Shown piece by piece: positions 33,604 through 47,336 of a stretch of DNA of 64,000 bases. The DNA lies in the NCBI GenBank assembly GCA_946965045.2, contig OX337238.1, forward strand, positions 744,001 through 808,000, written 5' to 3'. Position 1 is the first letter of the stretch. The number at the start of each line of letters is the position of its first letter. The notes below the pieces were generated by a model. It worked only from the letters and a program-made list of their open reading frames with translations, was not told the DNA's origin and made no database searches. A program made the translations under genes and the position numbers. The stretch is from Epithemia pelagica (Eukaryota > Protista > Bacillariophyta).

Positions 33604-34389
33604 ATGTACTGGCTCCGACTCCGACGTTGTTTAATGTCCTCCATGTCCACCACTTCGTCTTCCGCTCTCCCTCCATTTCTCACTTTCAAGCCTGCTGCCG
33701 GCAGTGCCACCAACGCTGGTGCCATTATTGTGGTTCAAGAATGGTGGGGTTTGAACGATCAAATCAAGGTGCATGCGCAACATGTGGCCACCAGCACGGG
33801 CTGTGAAGTGATTGTACCGGATGTGTACAAGGGAAAAATTGGTGTGAATGCGGAAGAAGCTAGTCATTTGATGAACAATTTGGATTTCAAGGTGGCAGTG
33901 GAAGAAATGGAGCAGATTTGCAACAGTTTGCGCAAGGACAATGCCGACCGCAAGATTGGAATTGCCGGCTTTTGTATGGGCGGAGCCTTGTCCATGGCAG
34001 CTGCGGCCTTGTCTCCGACAGGGTGCTATCAGGCGTGTGTTCCCTTTTATGGTATTCCGCCGGCTGTCCTCTGCAACGTTGGAGATATCGTGACGGAAAA
34101 GAAAACACCGGTTCAAGGTCACTTTGGGGATTTGGACCCCCTCGCTGGGTTCACCGACAAGGCAGCGGTTGATGGATTGGTGGAAAATTTGAGCAAGGCT
34201 GATCCCGACAAAAAGCTATGGGAAATTTATCGATACGACAAGGAATCGCATGCATTTATGAATACGGATGAATTCTCTGTTTCGCAGCGGGCCCCCATGA
34301 AATTTGATGCCGGAGCTTTTGATCCGGAAACGCAAGCCTTGGCCTGGTCGAGAATGTTTGACTTTGTGAAGAAGCATGTTGCATCGTGA
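33604..34389 (+). CDS. Dienelactone hydrolase family protein
   Basis: IIVVQEWWGLND, GIAGFCMGG (Cys nucleophile), GHFGDLD, ESHAF; short Arg/Ser-rich N-terminal leader. Confidence 0.9.
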   Translation: MYWLRLRRCLMSSMSTTSSSALPPFLTFKPAAGSATNAGAIIVVQEWWGLNDQIKVHAQHVATSTGCEVIVPDVYKGKIGVNAEEASHLMNNLDFKVAVEEMEQICNSLRKDNADRKIGIAGFCMGGALSMAAAALSPTGCYQACVPFYGIPPAVLCNVGDIVTEKKTPVQGHFGDLDPLAGFTDKAAVDGLVENLSKADPDKKLWEIYRYDKESHAFMNTDEFSVSQRAPMKFDAGAFDPETQALAWSRMFDFVKKHVAS

Positions 34390-34668
34390 ATCAATCAATC
34401 TTGAATCTTGAACCTATAAATATTGATAGTGGCATAATGAGAATGGATTCTCCCGTCTGTCGTAGGGTTGTCTGACATCAATCTCTCTATAGAGAAAGAC
34501 TCATAGACCGTTTCTATACTCGTAAAAGAAGGGATCAATTCCATAACCAGGGACAAGCCCTTGGTATGAGAACATGATTCCCTAACAAAACAACTCCAGT
34601 TATTGGCTTTATCGATATGCGTTCGCAACACTCGCAGAATGTCTATAGCCACTCGCAAACCTTGTGTA

Positions 34669-37600
34669 TTACACACCAAATCCCTCTTGTTGCATCTGCC
34701 TGTACAATTCCTTGTAGTCCACCGTATTCCTCCTCCTTTTGCGGCTCGGTGCATCGGGATCTTCGGGTGGATCGTTGGCCTCGGCCATTTGATCGAGCGT
34801 CGAATGTCGTTGTATGGCGGCTTCCATTCGTATTCTCAGTTTTTCTCGGTCTTCTTCTTTTTTCCGTTCGCGCTTTTCGTAAACATGGCGTTCGTATTGG
34901 CATTCCCATTCCATATCCTTTGGGTCCAGCATTTCTCTGGATCGGCCTCCGTCCGTCAAGGCTCGAACGTGACTCGCTACGGAACGGGCAAAGGGCGATA
35001 CAATGCCTCCGTGAATTTTGTATCCCCCTTCCAGTACAGATATGACACGTCCGTCGCAACACGTGTTGGCCACCTTGATAAGCTGTTCCGTCAACCATTC
35101 GTAATCGTCTTCCACCATTCCAACGTAGCCAAAATTCATAGAATCCTTACGATGTGCATCAAAACCAGCGCTTATGAATATCAAATCAGGGTCAAACTCC
35201 CTCAAATGAGGCAGTATATTTTTCCGATAGACATCTCTTATATCGAGTCGTTGTTTCATGCTCCTTCCTTGAGGATCGGCAGACATCTCCGGTAGATCCA
35301 TACCCACATTGATGATTTTGCAGCAATTTCCTTTGGAATCCTCCCCCATTCTCGTCCACGTTTGACTCGACAAGAAATCAGTAAGGTTTGGATTCTCAAC
35401 CATATCTGGATGAGTGATACTTTCCGATGTGAAGGTCTTCCCGGATGCTGGGTAAAACCAACCTCGTTGTTCGTACCCTCGGTTGCCGTATCCATGTGTA
35501 GAGGAGAAGAAAACATTTTGAATATCTGTCTCATCCAACCAAGGTCGATAGGTGCTCGAAGATATTTCGCCCACGGCAAACGGAGTGCGTATTGGAGACT
35601 TCTCCGTCACAGGAACAAGCTGACGAATGATCTCCTCCGTCCCATTGCCGTGATGGACGTCAAAGTCAATAATGGCCACCTTGCGTATTCCTTCGTGTCG
35701 ATACATGGATCGAGCGTAGGCAGCACCAATGGCAACATTGTTGAATAGACAAAATCCATGGGAACCTCCATCTGGGTCATTCGAACACTTGACAATTCCG
35801 CGAGGACCTGCGTGGTGACCTGGTGGACGAACAACGCAGAACGCATTTCGGTATTCCCCCGAGATGACCAAATCAACAGCTTGACAGACGCTTCCAGCCG
35901 CTCGCAGTGCAGCCTCAAAACTCCATCGAGAAACTGTCGTATCTGGGTCTAGATGGGCAATCGCAGTCGGATGATCGGGTATCCCAGCAGTCATTAGACT
36001 GAGGCGCTCCACGTACGAATATTCATGGCATTTCAGGATATCCGTCATGGCCGCCCTTCGCGCTTCTTTTCTCCAAACACAAGAACCAAATTCCCCGGAC
36101 CGAAGTATCCCCGTCTCATTGTCTATAAGAACCTGTAAGCGTCTTACATTTTCGGGTGGAGGTTCAGGAGAGTCTCTTCGTATGGGAGCACAGGTGCGAT
36201 GCATCATGCAGAGTTCATGGGTCAAAATTATAGTTCCGCCGTCAGGATCCACAATCAAATCACGGGGTGGAGGTATGATTCCAGATTCTGGTGGATCTCC
36301 GAGATTGGCACGAAGATCCGCAGGTATTGGCATCCCCCTCTTGTAGGCCAGTTGACCAGGAGTGAACCCCCTGCGATCGGCAATATCAGGGTCACTTTCT
36401 GCCTGCAGGAGAAGACGAACAACAGCCCAATTTCCTCTCGCACACGCAAGATGGAGCGCTGTTTGTCCGATACCATTTATCGCATCCACTTCAATACCAG
36501 AGGTTCCCAACAGAACCTGAGTCAGCAAGGCGGCCGTAGGATCTCCAGTTGGCTGAGATGCCAACGGTGGGGCCAGTTTACCAGGGAAGCCTGGGATAGC
36601 TTTTGGTGTTATAACTGAATTTGAGGGCAGAGAATGACCTCCAGAGATACCCTTTTCTTTACCCAAGCTAGGATTATGAATCGTGTCGAATTTTGCAGCA
36701 GCGTGTAAGGGACGATTGCCAATTCGGTCTGCCCGCATATTCAGTGTCGAGAGTCCGTGTTCGTCCGACAAAAGAAAGCTAACGATTTGAGGCAAATTAA
36801 ACATGCATGCGAGGTACAACGGTGTGTGGCAAGCATCGTCTTTGGCAGCAAGGTCGGCTCCGGCTTCGTGAAGGGCAACAACACATTCGTAGGCAAATTG
36901 TTGGTGTTGTCGTACTGATCCCATACTAATAGCAGTATGTATAGGAAAGCTTCCGTCGCATTTGAGACGAAACGATGCACCCATTTCCAGAAGCAACTTA
37001 ACATGTTCCAATTTACGAGAGTGAATTGCAACGTGCAGAGCCGTGTTCTCGTCTTCGTCTTTCACGTTGAGATTAACACCTGCTGGTAATCCATATCGAG
37101 TTACTTTCCGAGGTGGTATGTGATGAATCTTATCATCATCTACCTTCTCACTACTTTGCTCCTCCACATCCATCGGCAATGGTTTCTCTTCCTCTTGTTC
37201 ATTTTTGACCTCGTCTCCCTCGGTGCTTATATGAGAAGGAGGTACTACATCATGTGGCTCTTGAGTAACTTCTTCTTGTTTCTCCGAGGCATTCGAAGCC
37301 CGAGGAGTCTTTGGGCCTCCTTCGACGGCCTGTGGTTTGATGACGTCGATGGTGATGCTGTCGGAGGGTTTGTCCTGCTCCGATTGGACAACCTCAACCT
37401 TAGCTTCATCTTGAGGCAGTTTCGGTTCTGTAGTAGCAGGTGTCTCTTCCTGCTCAATCTTGGGTTTTACCTCGCCGGTTTTCACCTCATCGGTCTTCTC
37501 AGTATTTCCATTGTCATTCTCCACAGGTTCTGGCTTCTTGAGGGCTGGTATTGGTGACTGACCGGTGGCAGCGGCATGTGCGGCAGCAGTAGAATCATTT

Positions 37601-37979
37601 TCATCAGAACTGGAATCATCGCCTTCGTCCTCTCTACGCTGATGATGTTCGTGATGGGTTCTGGTTATTTCAACTTCGTCGTCATTGGTTTCGACGACCT
37701 CCAGGATCAATCGCTGTCATCATCGGAACCACGACATTGTTCCAAAATGATGGATCCAAAAAAAGATACGAGAGGAAAAACTTGAGGTGTGTATTCCAAA
37801 AATATAGCATCCGGTACTCAGCTGCGGTGGGCATGACTCGTGCTGTCTCTTACCTTTAGCGCTTCAATATCATCAAATTCACAGGCATCATGAATAGGAT
37901 ATCTTCTTTCTAATGAGCTATGGGATAGACCAGGGTATGTTTGGTATTCTTCATCGTCGCTTCCTTCGCTAGTGCTCAT
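34669..37979 (-). CDS. Ankyrin-repeat / class II-like histone deacetylase fusion (~1056 aa); exons 37979-37854 and 37713-34669
   Basis: Ankyrin motifs NTALHVA, FPIHTA, TPLYLA, RPLHAAA, QTALHLA. HDAC motifs RPPGHHA, GFCLFNNVA, IDFDVHHGNGT, SAGFDAH, LEGGY. Intron acceptor at 37714 is the best in-frame choice but less certain. Confidence 0.88.
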
Positions 37980-38576
37980 GGTCGGTCCGACGGAAGAACG
38001 CACCTCACAGTGACGATTTTTGTATATCCGGGTTTCTTTTGGATGGCGGCAGGTGACACTCTACCACAAGCCAGTCGAAGGGCAAGACGAGTATTATTGA
38101 AAAGGAAGGGGTCAGTGCCGCTCCAATGCGCCGGCCGCACCTTGCTGATGCGTTTTCCCGGATCTTGAAAAAATGAGTGCAGTGTCGAAATGTTTTCGGT
38201 TGACTTGATCTTGGCCCAACGCCCTTTACGTAGAAACAATACTACCCCTACGGCGTTTACCGGACGCGTGGTTCGTTGGATCTTCGAGGTTGGATCTTGG
38301 ATCTTTCTCCCCCGACGGACGAAGCACGAACCGCACCCTTGACGTCCTCGTCCTCCGCGGGAACGCGTGACAGATCGGCTCGCTCTCTTAGCGCCAGTCG
38401 GGTCTTTTAGAAAGTAGGAGCGCCCTCACGAGATGAGCTTTCTCCCAACGCCACAAGCCACAAATCATCAACAGAACCACACTTCTCACTGTGATTGTTC
38501 TCTTTCTCAACTCGACGCAGAAAGAACGAGACCCACAAGAACAATACACTCTCCAAGGCGATTTGAAAGCTACAAC

Positions 38577-41500
38577 ATGTCTATGTCGTCCTCCAAAATG
38601 GTACCTACCGGCGGACGACCTTCGTCGGGTTTGGTTCAGCCATCTCGTCTCAGTCTTCCGAATCGTCGAGAAACGAGCGGTGAAACTACTCTTGTTCCTC
38701 GTCCTGAAGTTCCAGCTCGAGGCAAGAGCCCAGAGAGAGGATCGAGCAGTAAGGTCGTCACGCAACTGGAAGCGAAGGAAAGGGGCGAGGAAGGAATCTG
38801 CGGTACGTTTGGTTAACATGTGTCCTTTTTTCCAATTTCGACGTTTCGCCCATCTCACCTGTTTGGTTTTCTCCATCAGTTGCAATTCGCATGCGTCCCT
38901 TGAACACTAATGAGGGACAACATCGGAGAGTATGGAAGGTCCAACCTTCTCTTAGCTCAGTTGTACAAACATCAGCGGATGGAAAACCTGTAGAGGAACG
39001 GGAACGAATACAGGGACGGAACTATTTCACATTTGACAAAACCTACGGCGAGGAGACAACCACACGCGAAGTGTACGATTCTATTGCCAAGAACATTGTT
39101 TCTTCGGCTGTCACTGGGCTCAACGGAACGATTTTCGCCTATGGTCAGACGTCGAGTGGCAAGACGTTCACCATGCAGGGGTCTGGGACAATAGCGGAGG
39201 GCTCGGCAGGAAGCGGTGGAGGCATTGTCCATATGGCGGCATCGGACATCTTTCGCCATATCAAAGAAACGGAAGATCGCGTTTTTCTTGTTCGCGTGAG
39301 TTTCTTGGAAATTTACAACGAAGAAGTGAGAGATTTGCTCGATCCAAGCGGCGCCAAGCCAGTGTCAATACGGGAGGATCCGCAGCGTGGCGTTTTCGTT
39401 CCATCTGTCGAAGAACTAGTGACAGACATGGATTCTCTTCTTCATGTTCTGTTCCAAGGAGATAAAACACGCACTTTTGCAGCAACGGGAATGAACGAGA
39501 GATCATCTCGAAGTCACACAATTTTCAGGGTGACTATTGAAAGCCGCGAGAAACAGGCGGCCAGTGCAACCGAGAACGGAATCGATTCCTCGACTAATGA
39601 CGATTCGGGAGAAGAAAATGGTGGAGCTGTTCTCATTTCAACCTTAAATTTAGTAGACTTGGCTGGTTCGGAAAGCGTCCGACACACTGGAGCAACTGGT
39701 GATCGTCTCAAAGAGGGGGCAAAGATCAATCAGAGGTAAGCGGCTTCTGTTGGTTTCAAGCATTTCCAAATCAAACTGAATATCTTACGCTTACTTTTCC
39801 TTTCAAAACTTTAGTTTGCTCACGCTTTCACGTGTCATCGGGGCCTTGGGGTCTTCTAACCGTGCAACCCACGTCAACTTTCGAGACTCGAAGTTGACGA
39901 GGATCCTCCAACCTTCTCTGGAGGGCAATGCTCGAATGTCAATTGTTTGCTGTGCAACTCCGTCAGAACTCTACTTAGAGGAAACACGATCCACATTGGC
40001 ATTTGCTGCGAGGGCGAAACTAGTTAAGACAAATGCAAAAGTCAATGAAGTCCTTGACGATCGATCTCTTATTCGCCGTCTACAAAGGGAGCTTGCGGAA
40101 GCACGCCGCGATGCTGGAAAGTCTATGAATCAGGCTCACCTGCAAGCGTTGCAGGAAAAAGCCTCTTCTGCCGGGACGGCAGCGAAAGAGGCAGAAGAGA
40201 AACTTCGCCGTGTTCAGGCGTCGTTGATCAACAACGCAGTATGGCTTAATGGAAAGGAAATTACACACGACCGGAGGGATCGAAAGAAAAGACGATTCTC
40301 TGATGGCCAAACGTTCCTCTCACAAACGACGCCTCACAAGCAAATCAACGAGGGACAACGAATCCCCAAGTCCATGTCTCCCGGAGGCAAGAAAATGCGC
40401 CTTCGTGAGCCTACGCCGGAAATGCCTGATGTGAACGAGTCCAGTTTCCTTCGCCTGGCACTGACATCGAAAGCAAATGTTGCTATGTCAATAGAAGAAA
40501 AATACAATGCTCTTCATGAGCAGGTTGAGAGACTTGCGCAGGAAAATGCAAGTCTTCGCGATGAAAATGCAACTGCAGCAGACCAGTCAGCGTTGCTTCA
40601 ACGCAAGCTCAAAGAGAAAGACGAATATTTGGAGACTAGCATAGCATCATACAGAGCCGACATTGAAAAGTCGAACCAAGAGAAAGAAGCAATGAGTGGA
40701 ACTATTAGTAGATTAAAGGACAGTGCAAATGATCTGAGAGCAAAGTTGGATGTTTCTGATGCATCTCTCAAGCAACAGGAAACCCTCGTTGTCGAAAAAC
40801 AAAAACTACTCGAAGCTGCAACGAATGAAACGGAAAATTTGCGGGAAGAAAATGCGACGTGTAACAGGGAAAAAGAGTTGATCAAGAATCAATACGAAGG
40901 GCTAAAGTCAGAGATGGAAGACTTACGCTCCAAATATGAAGAAACATTTTCCAACCTAGAACAAGCAACAGACCAGCTTTCAACATCTCAATCCGAGGCC
41001 CAGTTTCTGAAGCAAGAGAAGGTAAACATGGAAAGCGCAATGACTTTCTTGCGCGTTGAGAACGCTGAGCTTGAAACACGGGCTGAAACCCTTTCTGCAG
41101 AAATTCTTGATCTGGAAGCAAAACTCGGTGTTGCTGTGTCAGATGCACAAATAAGCCGGAGAGCGGCCGAAAACTTGACCGCTTCGCTCGAGGATACTGT
41201 ATCGAAATTAAAGCGTATGGAAACGGTTCAACAAAGCGCTCTCGAAGAAAGAGCAACACTTTCGAGTCAGATCGAGGACCTGACTCGCAAATATAGCAAA
41301 GCTTCTAATGATCTCGCATTGGCGGTGGAGCAGGTCGGGCATTTGCAAGCTGAATGTGTTAGTTTGACATCTGAGATGAAAACTGTTGAGGCAAGCACTG
41401 AGGATTTGCGCGGAATAAAAGACCAGCTCCAGAGAGATGTGATTGCATCCCAGGAGAAACTTACACTAGCCAACCAAAAGCTAGATGATACTCTTAGTCG

Positions 41501-44500
41501 TTGCGAGGACCTTTCAAGACAGATTCAGGAACGGGAACGAATAACGGACGGGGAGAAAGATGAACTTCGTGCAGAACGTGACAACTCATTCCTGGAGACT
41601 GAGAAGCTGCGCCAGGAAATTGAAACACTCACAGCTTCGTTGCAAACTGCGAATGACACAATTACAACTCAAAAACATGAGAGGGAGAAAATGGATGAGC
41701 TTCTTGAATACAGGGACGTAAAACTGAAAGACAATGAAGCTAATCTAGTCATCGTTGAGGAGAAAACCCGATTACTGGAAGAGAAACTGTCATTGATCGG
41801 AAATGAACTCGAGAAGGAACAGGAACTGAAACGATCTTTCGTGGATGAGTTGAAACTATGTAAAGAATCGCTAGCAGTCTCGCGAGCAGCAGAGGAGACC
41901 CTGTTGAACAAAATCGCAGGGCTTGCATGCGACTTGGAAAAGTCTCATACCGAGCAGAATCAACTGAGAGAGGAAAAGGAAAGATATACTTCTGACATCA
42001 ACGTGTTGACTGTGAATCTTTCTGAGCTCTCAGGAAAGCTTGAGGTTTGTGAAGACGAAGTTTCTCATCTAACGAGATCGAGCGAGGGTCGAGACCAGTC
42101 TGTTTGTAGTAGAATCCTCGGTTCAGAGACTGAAACGTCGGAAGGTCGACTGGATGAACTTGGTGAACCAAAGAACATAAGTGGAATAATGAGTCAAGTC
42201 GCGAGAATTACTGGGTTCATTATAGAAGCACGTGGTGTCATCGCTAATGAAAGAGAGGAACAGGAACACGTCCGACATCAACTGAAGGACTGTAACATGA
42301 AAATAGCCACATTGGAAAAAAGCATAGCAGATGCAAAAAATGAAGCCTGCTCCCAAGCACAGAAAGCAGCGGCTGCTCAAGAGCTATATTACAAAACCAA
42401 GGAGGAACTTCAACACCACCAGGAGAAGTCCGAATCTGATGCCCTCGAGGCAATTTCGTGCCGTGACGCTTTGCGAAGTGAACTGGACCAAAACGCAGCA
42501 GCGTACAACGATCTTCAGTCTCGATTTTCACTGCTTGAAGTCGAGAATGAAAATCTCAAAGTTGATAACAAATCCCTTTCAACGGAACGCGATCGGGTGT
42601 TGACAGACCATGCCAAAGCTCATGAACAGATTTCATCGTATGAGGAGAAGATGCAAAAAATGTCTACGGAACATGATGCGCTTGAAGTGAAGAAAAGTGA
42701 ATTTATGGAGAAGGTTGATCGACTCAGCACTGAGAACGACTCGTTGCATGTAGAATTAGCCGAGGCAAGAACTCAACTGAAACGTCAAGAAGATGATCAC
42801 ACGCTTGTGGTGCAGCACAATATGGACTCGATCAAGGAATTAGAATCTCAACTTCAAGAAACCAAGGAGGAACTTCAACACCACCAGGAGAAGTCCGAAT
42901 CTGATGCCCTCGAGGCAATTTCGTGCCGTGACGCTTTGCGAAGTGAACTGGACCAAAACGCAGCAGAGTACAACGATCTTCAGTCTCGATTTTCACTGCT
43001 TGAAGTCGAGAATGAAAATCTCAAAGTTGATAACAAATCCCTTTCAACGGAACGCGATCGGGTGTTGACAGACCATGCCAAAGCTCATGAACAGATTTCA
43101 TCGTATGAGGAGAAGATGCAAAAAATGTCTACGGAACATGATGCGCTTGAAGTGAAGAAAAGTGAATTTATGGAGAAGGTTGATCGACTCAGCACTGAGA
43201 ACGACTCGTTGCATGTAGAATTAGCCGAGGCAAGAACTCAACTGAAACGTCAAGAAGATGATCACACGCTTGTGGTGCAGCACAATATGGACTCGATCAA
43301 GGAATTAGAATCTCAACTTCAAGAAACCAAGGAGGAACTTCAACACCACCAGGAGAAGTCCGAATCTGATGCCCTCGAGGCAATTTCGTGCCGTGACGCT
43401 TTGCGAAGTGAACTGGACCAAAACGCAGCAGAGTACAACGATCTTCAGTCTCGATTTTCACTGCTTGAAGTCGAGAATGAAAATCTCAAAGTTGATAACA
43501 AATCCCTTTCAACGGAACGCGATCGGGTGTTGACAGACCATGCCAAAGCTCATGAACAGATTTCATCGTATGAGGAGAAGATGCAAAAAATGTCTACGGA
43601 ACATGATGCGCTTGAAGTGAAGAAAAGTGAATTTATGGAGAAGGTTGATCGACTCAGCACTGAGAACGACTCGTTGCATGTAGAATTAGCCGAGGCAAGA
43701 ACTCAACTGAAACGTCAAGAAGATGATCACACGCTTGTGGTGCAGCACAATATGGACTCGATCAAGGAATTAGAATCTCAACTTCAAGAAACCAAGGAGG
43801 AACTTCAACACCACCAGGAGAAGTCCGAATCTGATGCCCTCGAGGCAATTTCGTGCCGTGACGCTTTGCGAAGTGAACTGGACCAAAACGCAGCAGCGTA
43901 CAACGATCTTCAGTCTCGACTTTCACTGCTTGAAGTCGAGAATGAAAATCTCAAAGTTGATAACAAATCCCTTTCAACGGAACGCGATCGGGTGTTGACA
44001 GACCATGCCAAAGCTCATGAACAGATTTCATCATATGAGGAGAAGACGCAAAAAATGTCTAGGGAACATGATGCGCTTGAAGTGAAGAAAAGTGAATTTA
44101 TGGAGAAGGTTGATCGACTCAGCACTGAGAACGACTCGTTGCATGTAGAATTAGCCGAGGCAAGAACTCAACTGAAACGTCAAGAAGATGATCACACGCT
44201 TGTGGTGCAGCACAATATGGACTCGATCAAGGAATTAGAATCTCAACTTCAAGAAACCAAGGAGGAACTTCAACACCACCAGGAGAAGTCCGAATCTGAT
44301 GCCCTCGAGGCAATTTCGTGCCGTGACGCTTTGCGAAGTGAACTGGACCAAAACGCAGCAGCGTACAACGATCTACAGTCTCGACTTTCACTGCTTGAAG
44401 TCGAGAATGAAAATCTCAAAGTTGATAACAAATCCCTTTCAACGGAACGCGATCGGGTGTTGACAGACCATGCCAAAGCTCATGAACAGATTTCATCGTA

Positions 44501-47336
44501 TGAGGAGAAGATGCAAAAAATGTCTACGGAACATGATGCGCTTGAAGTGAAGAAAAGTGAATTTATGGAGAAGGTTGATCGACTCAGCACTGAGAACGAC
44601 TCGTTGCATGTAGAATTAGCCGAGGCAAGAACTCAACTGAAACGTCAAGAAGATGATCACACGCTTGTGGTGCAGCACAATATGGACTCGATCAAGGAAT
44701 TAGAATCTCAACTTCAAGAGACCAAGGAGGAGTGCGCCCATTATCGAGATGAACATGAAGCAGTCGTGTTGTCGCTCGACAAAGAATCCACGTTGAAAAA
44801 CCAAGTCTTAGAGGAAAACAAGGAACTTAAAGAAACCGCAACAAAGTGCGAACAAGACTTAGAAACCAAACATGTCGAGGCCAAGGCACTCATGGAGAAA
44901 ATGTTAACCCTTGAGGAAGCGAAATCAAAACTAGAAGGGAATGTTGCAAAATTGACAAACGAAATTGAAAGCGTCAATGGGAAGCTTAACGCATCCGAGG
45001 ATGAGTGCAAGGAGCGGGCTGATGAACTGATCTCGCTGCATGATTTGCTCGAGTTATCACGGAAGGATTCAGCAAATGCGAAGCAATTGCTGGAAATCTC
45101 GGAAAATGAAGGCAAAGTACGAGAACAGGAGCTTGGTGCCGCGATTTCAGCTCTTCAGACTGAAAGATTGGCCCTGCAGCAGGAGCTCCAGGATACTAAC
45201 GAACAAGCGCGTTCGCACTTAGAAAATTACGAGCGGGCAAGACGCGAATTGCTTGAATCAAAAAGCGGCTTTGAACTGCAGCTTGAATCGCTGTCAACAG
45301 AAAACAAATCTCTGCAAACAGCGTTGCGCTCCACCCAGCTTCGGCTGGATGCAGCTGAAGAGAGCGTCCAAAAGATGGTGAAAGAACTTGAAGAGACATC
45401 ATCTGCTTTGCAAAAGGCGAGAAATGATAACCATGACTCTCAATCGTCTGATAGTATTCGAGAGATTGAGCGATGTGAAAAAGACTGTGCGGAATGGAAG
45501 GAGAAGGCTCGTGAAGCGGCAGAAAAGCTTGCTGAGACTAAGGTGAACTATGACGAAGAAAGGCAAGCTTTGTTTAAGGAAGCAGACAAAGAAATTCGAG
45601 AAACCAAAGAAGCTCTTCGACGAGCAGAGTCCGACAACTATCGCACACGCGAACTCATGAGCGATTTACGAGAAGAAAAGGACAATGCTCTTAAAAGTCT
45701 TCGTGATCTTGAAATGAAAATCGTTGACGTCCAAACCGAAAAAACAAAACTAGAGAGGACGTCCCGACGCACAGAAAAGGAGAATCAAGCGTTGATCGAA
45801 ACTCTATCATGCGACTTACGCCGACTTCGGAACCAAAATGATGAGGTGCATCGGAGACAAGCTGTGTCTGATAGAACTCTGCGTGAGATGGAATCCACTT
45901 TGCTCGAGAACAAGAAAGAAATTGCTACTAGAGATGAAGATATTCGAAGGATGCAAGCTATGTTAAGCAGGCTGGATGGTCGACACCTTGAATCGGCAAA
46001 CAGAAAACTGACAATGGACTTAAATCGGTGTACAAAAGAACTGGCTGAAATGAAAGCACAGGCCGCCACAGCCAAGCATTTGTCGAAAGAATTAGATGAA
46101 AAGAAGGCTGACGCAGACAAGACTTCCTCTCAAATTGAAAATTTGCTGCAAACCATAGCCTCTAAAGACGACCGGATTCAGAAACTTGAAAAGGTGAAGC
46201 TGACAAAAGAGAAAATGGAGTCTTTTAAGAAGACAAAGAAGGAAAACGAGGAATTGAAATCGAAGCTTGAAGCATCTGAACGTCGAATTGCCAAGTTGAA
46301 CCGTGAAACTGTGTTGCCGTCAGGACAAGAGAATGATTCCGAAATGGCTAGTATTCGCTTCGCAAATACAGCTCTTGAAACGAAAGTCCGAAAATATGCT
46401 GCCCATTGCCAACGTCTTGAAGGCGAAAAGGCTGACATTCGAAGAGCCCTCGAATCCGTCAAAATAGAATCGGTTGACGACCACGATCTCGCTAGATCGG
46501 TAGTCATCCTGGGGGATAGGATCACTTCACTTGAACAACAGCTGACTGCGGCTTCGAAATCTGAAGCGACGCTCCAAACACATGCGGAACTCGAACGACG
46601 ACTTGATCAAGCATTGGAGTCAGAGGCCAAAGCGAGACACTCTCTCGTCTCTCTAGAAAAGCAGTATGAGGATCGTGAAGCTGAAAAGGATGAAAAGATT
46701 CACTATTTAGAAAGAGAAAACTTGAAGCTCCTGGTGGAGATGAAAGAGACGAAAAAGACGAACCGAAATCTAAAGACAGAAAATACCACTCTCCGAAACG
46801 CAAATGTTTATCAAAGCGAGTCGAGATACGAGTCAAATGTTTATCAAAGCGAGTCGAGATACGAGTCAGCCCAGAAGGCATTCAAACCTACATCTCGTTC
46901 CCATATGGAGGAGAACAAACGGACAAGTTCACCTTCAGCATTCACAAAGCTTTCTTCGGATCACTCTAGACGTTCGAACTTTTCAGACAAGGAAACCAAA
47001 GTGAATGCGTCTCCCATGGTAAAAGCAACAAGAGAGAATCCTGAGTCAAGATACGAGTCAGCCCAGAAGGCATTCAAACCTACATCTCGTTCCCATATGG
47101 AGGAGAACAAACGGACAAGTTCGCCTTCAGCATTCACAAAGCTTTCTTCGGATCTCTCTAGACGTTCGAATTTTTCAGACAAGGAAAACAAAGTGAATGC
47201 GTCTCCCATGGTAAAAGCATCAACAGAAAATCCCTCGCACATTAAGCGATCAACTCGCAAAGACCGAAGAGTTCCTGGGCTTGGAGAAGCATTCGCTCCC
47301 AACGAGGAAAACACTCAAGAATGCAAACAAAGCTAG
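38577..47336 (+). CDS. Giant N-terminal-motor kinesin, CENP-E/kinesin-7-like (~2867 aa); exons 38577-38802, 38880-39735, 39815-47336
   Basis: Splicing restores ICVAIRMRPLN and KINQSLLTLSRVI; P-loop GQTSSGKT, switch I NERSSRSH, switch II DLAGSE; very long coiled-coil stalk. Confidence 0.9.
42396..44731 (+). repeat. 465-bp (155-aa) coding tandem repeat x5 in the kinesin stalk
   Basis: ACCAAGGAGGA unit starts at 42396, 42861, 43326, 43791, 44256, with a partial copy at 44721; only a few substitutions between copies. Confidence 0.97.
46803..47232 (+). repeat. 33-bp x2 and 192-bp x2 coding duplications in the kinesin tail
   Basis: NVYQSESRYES unit at 46803 and 46836; 64-aa ESRYESAQKAFKPT...ENP unit at 46851 and 47043. 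Confidence 0.93.

Noticed and set aside
37717-37719. In-frame TGA upstream of the HDAC ORF as a second Sec codon
   Set aside because: Falls inside the predicted intron 37853-37714; no Cys-type motif context.
42396-44731. Transposon or satellite insertion in the kinesin
   Set aside because: The unit is an in-frame coiled-coil segment continuous with its flanks; no terminal repeats or TE motifs.
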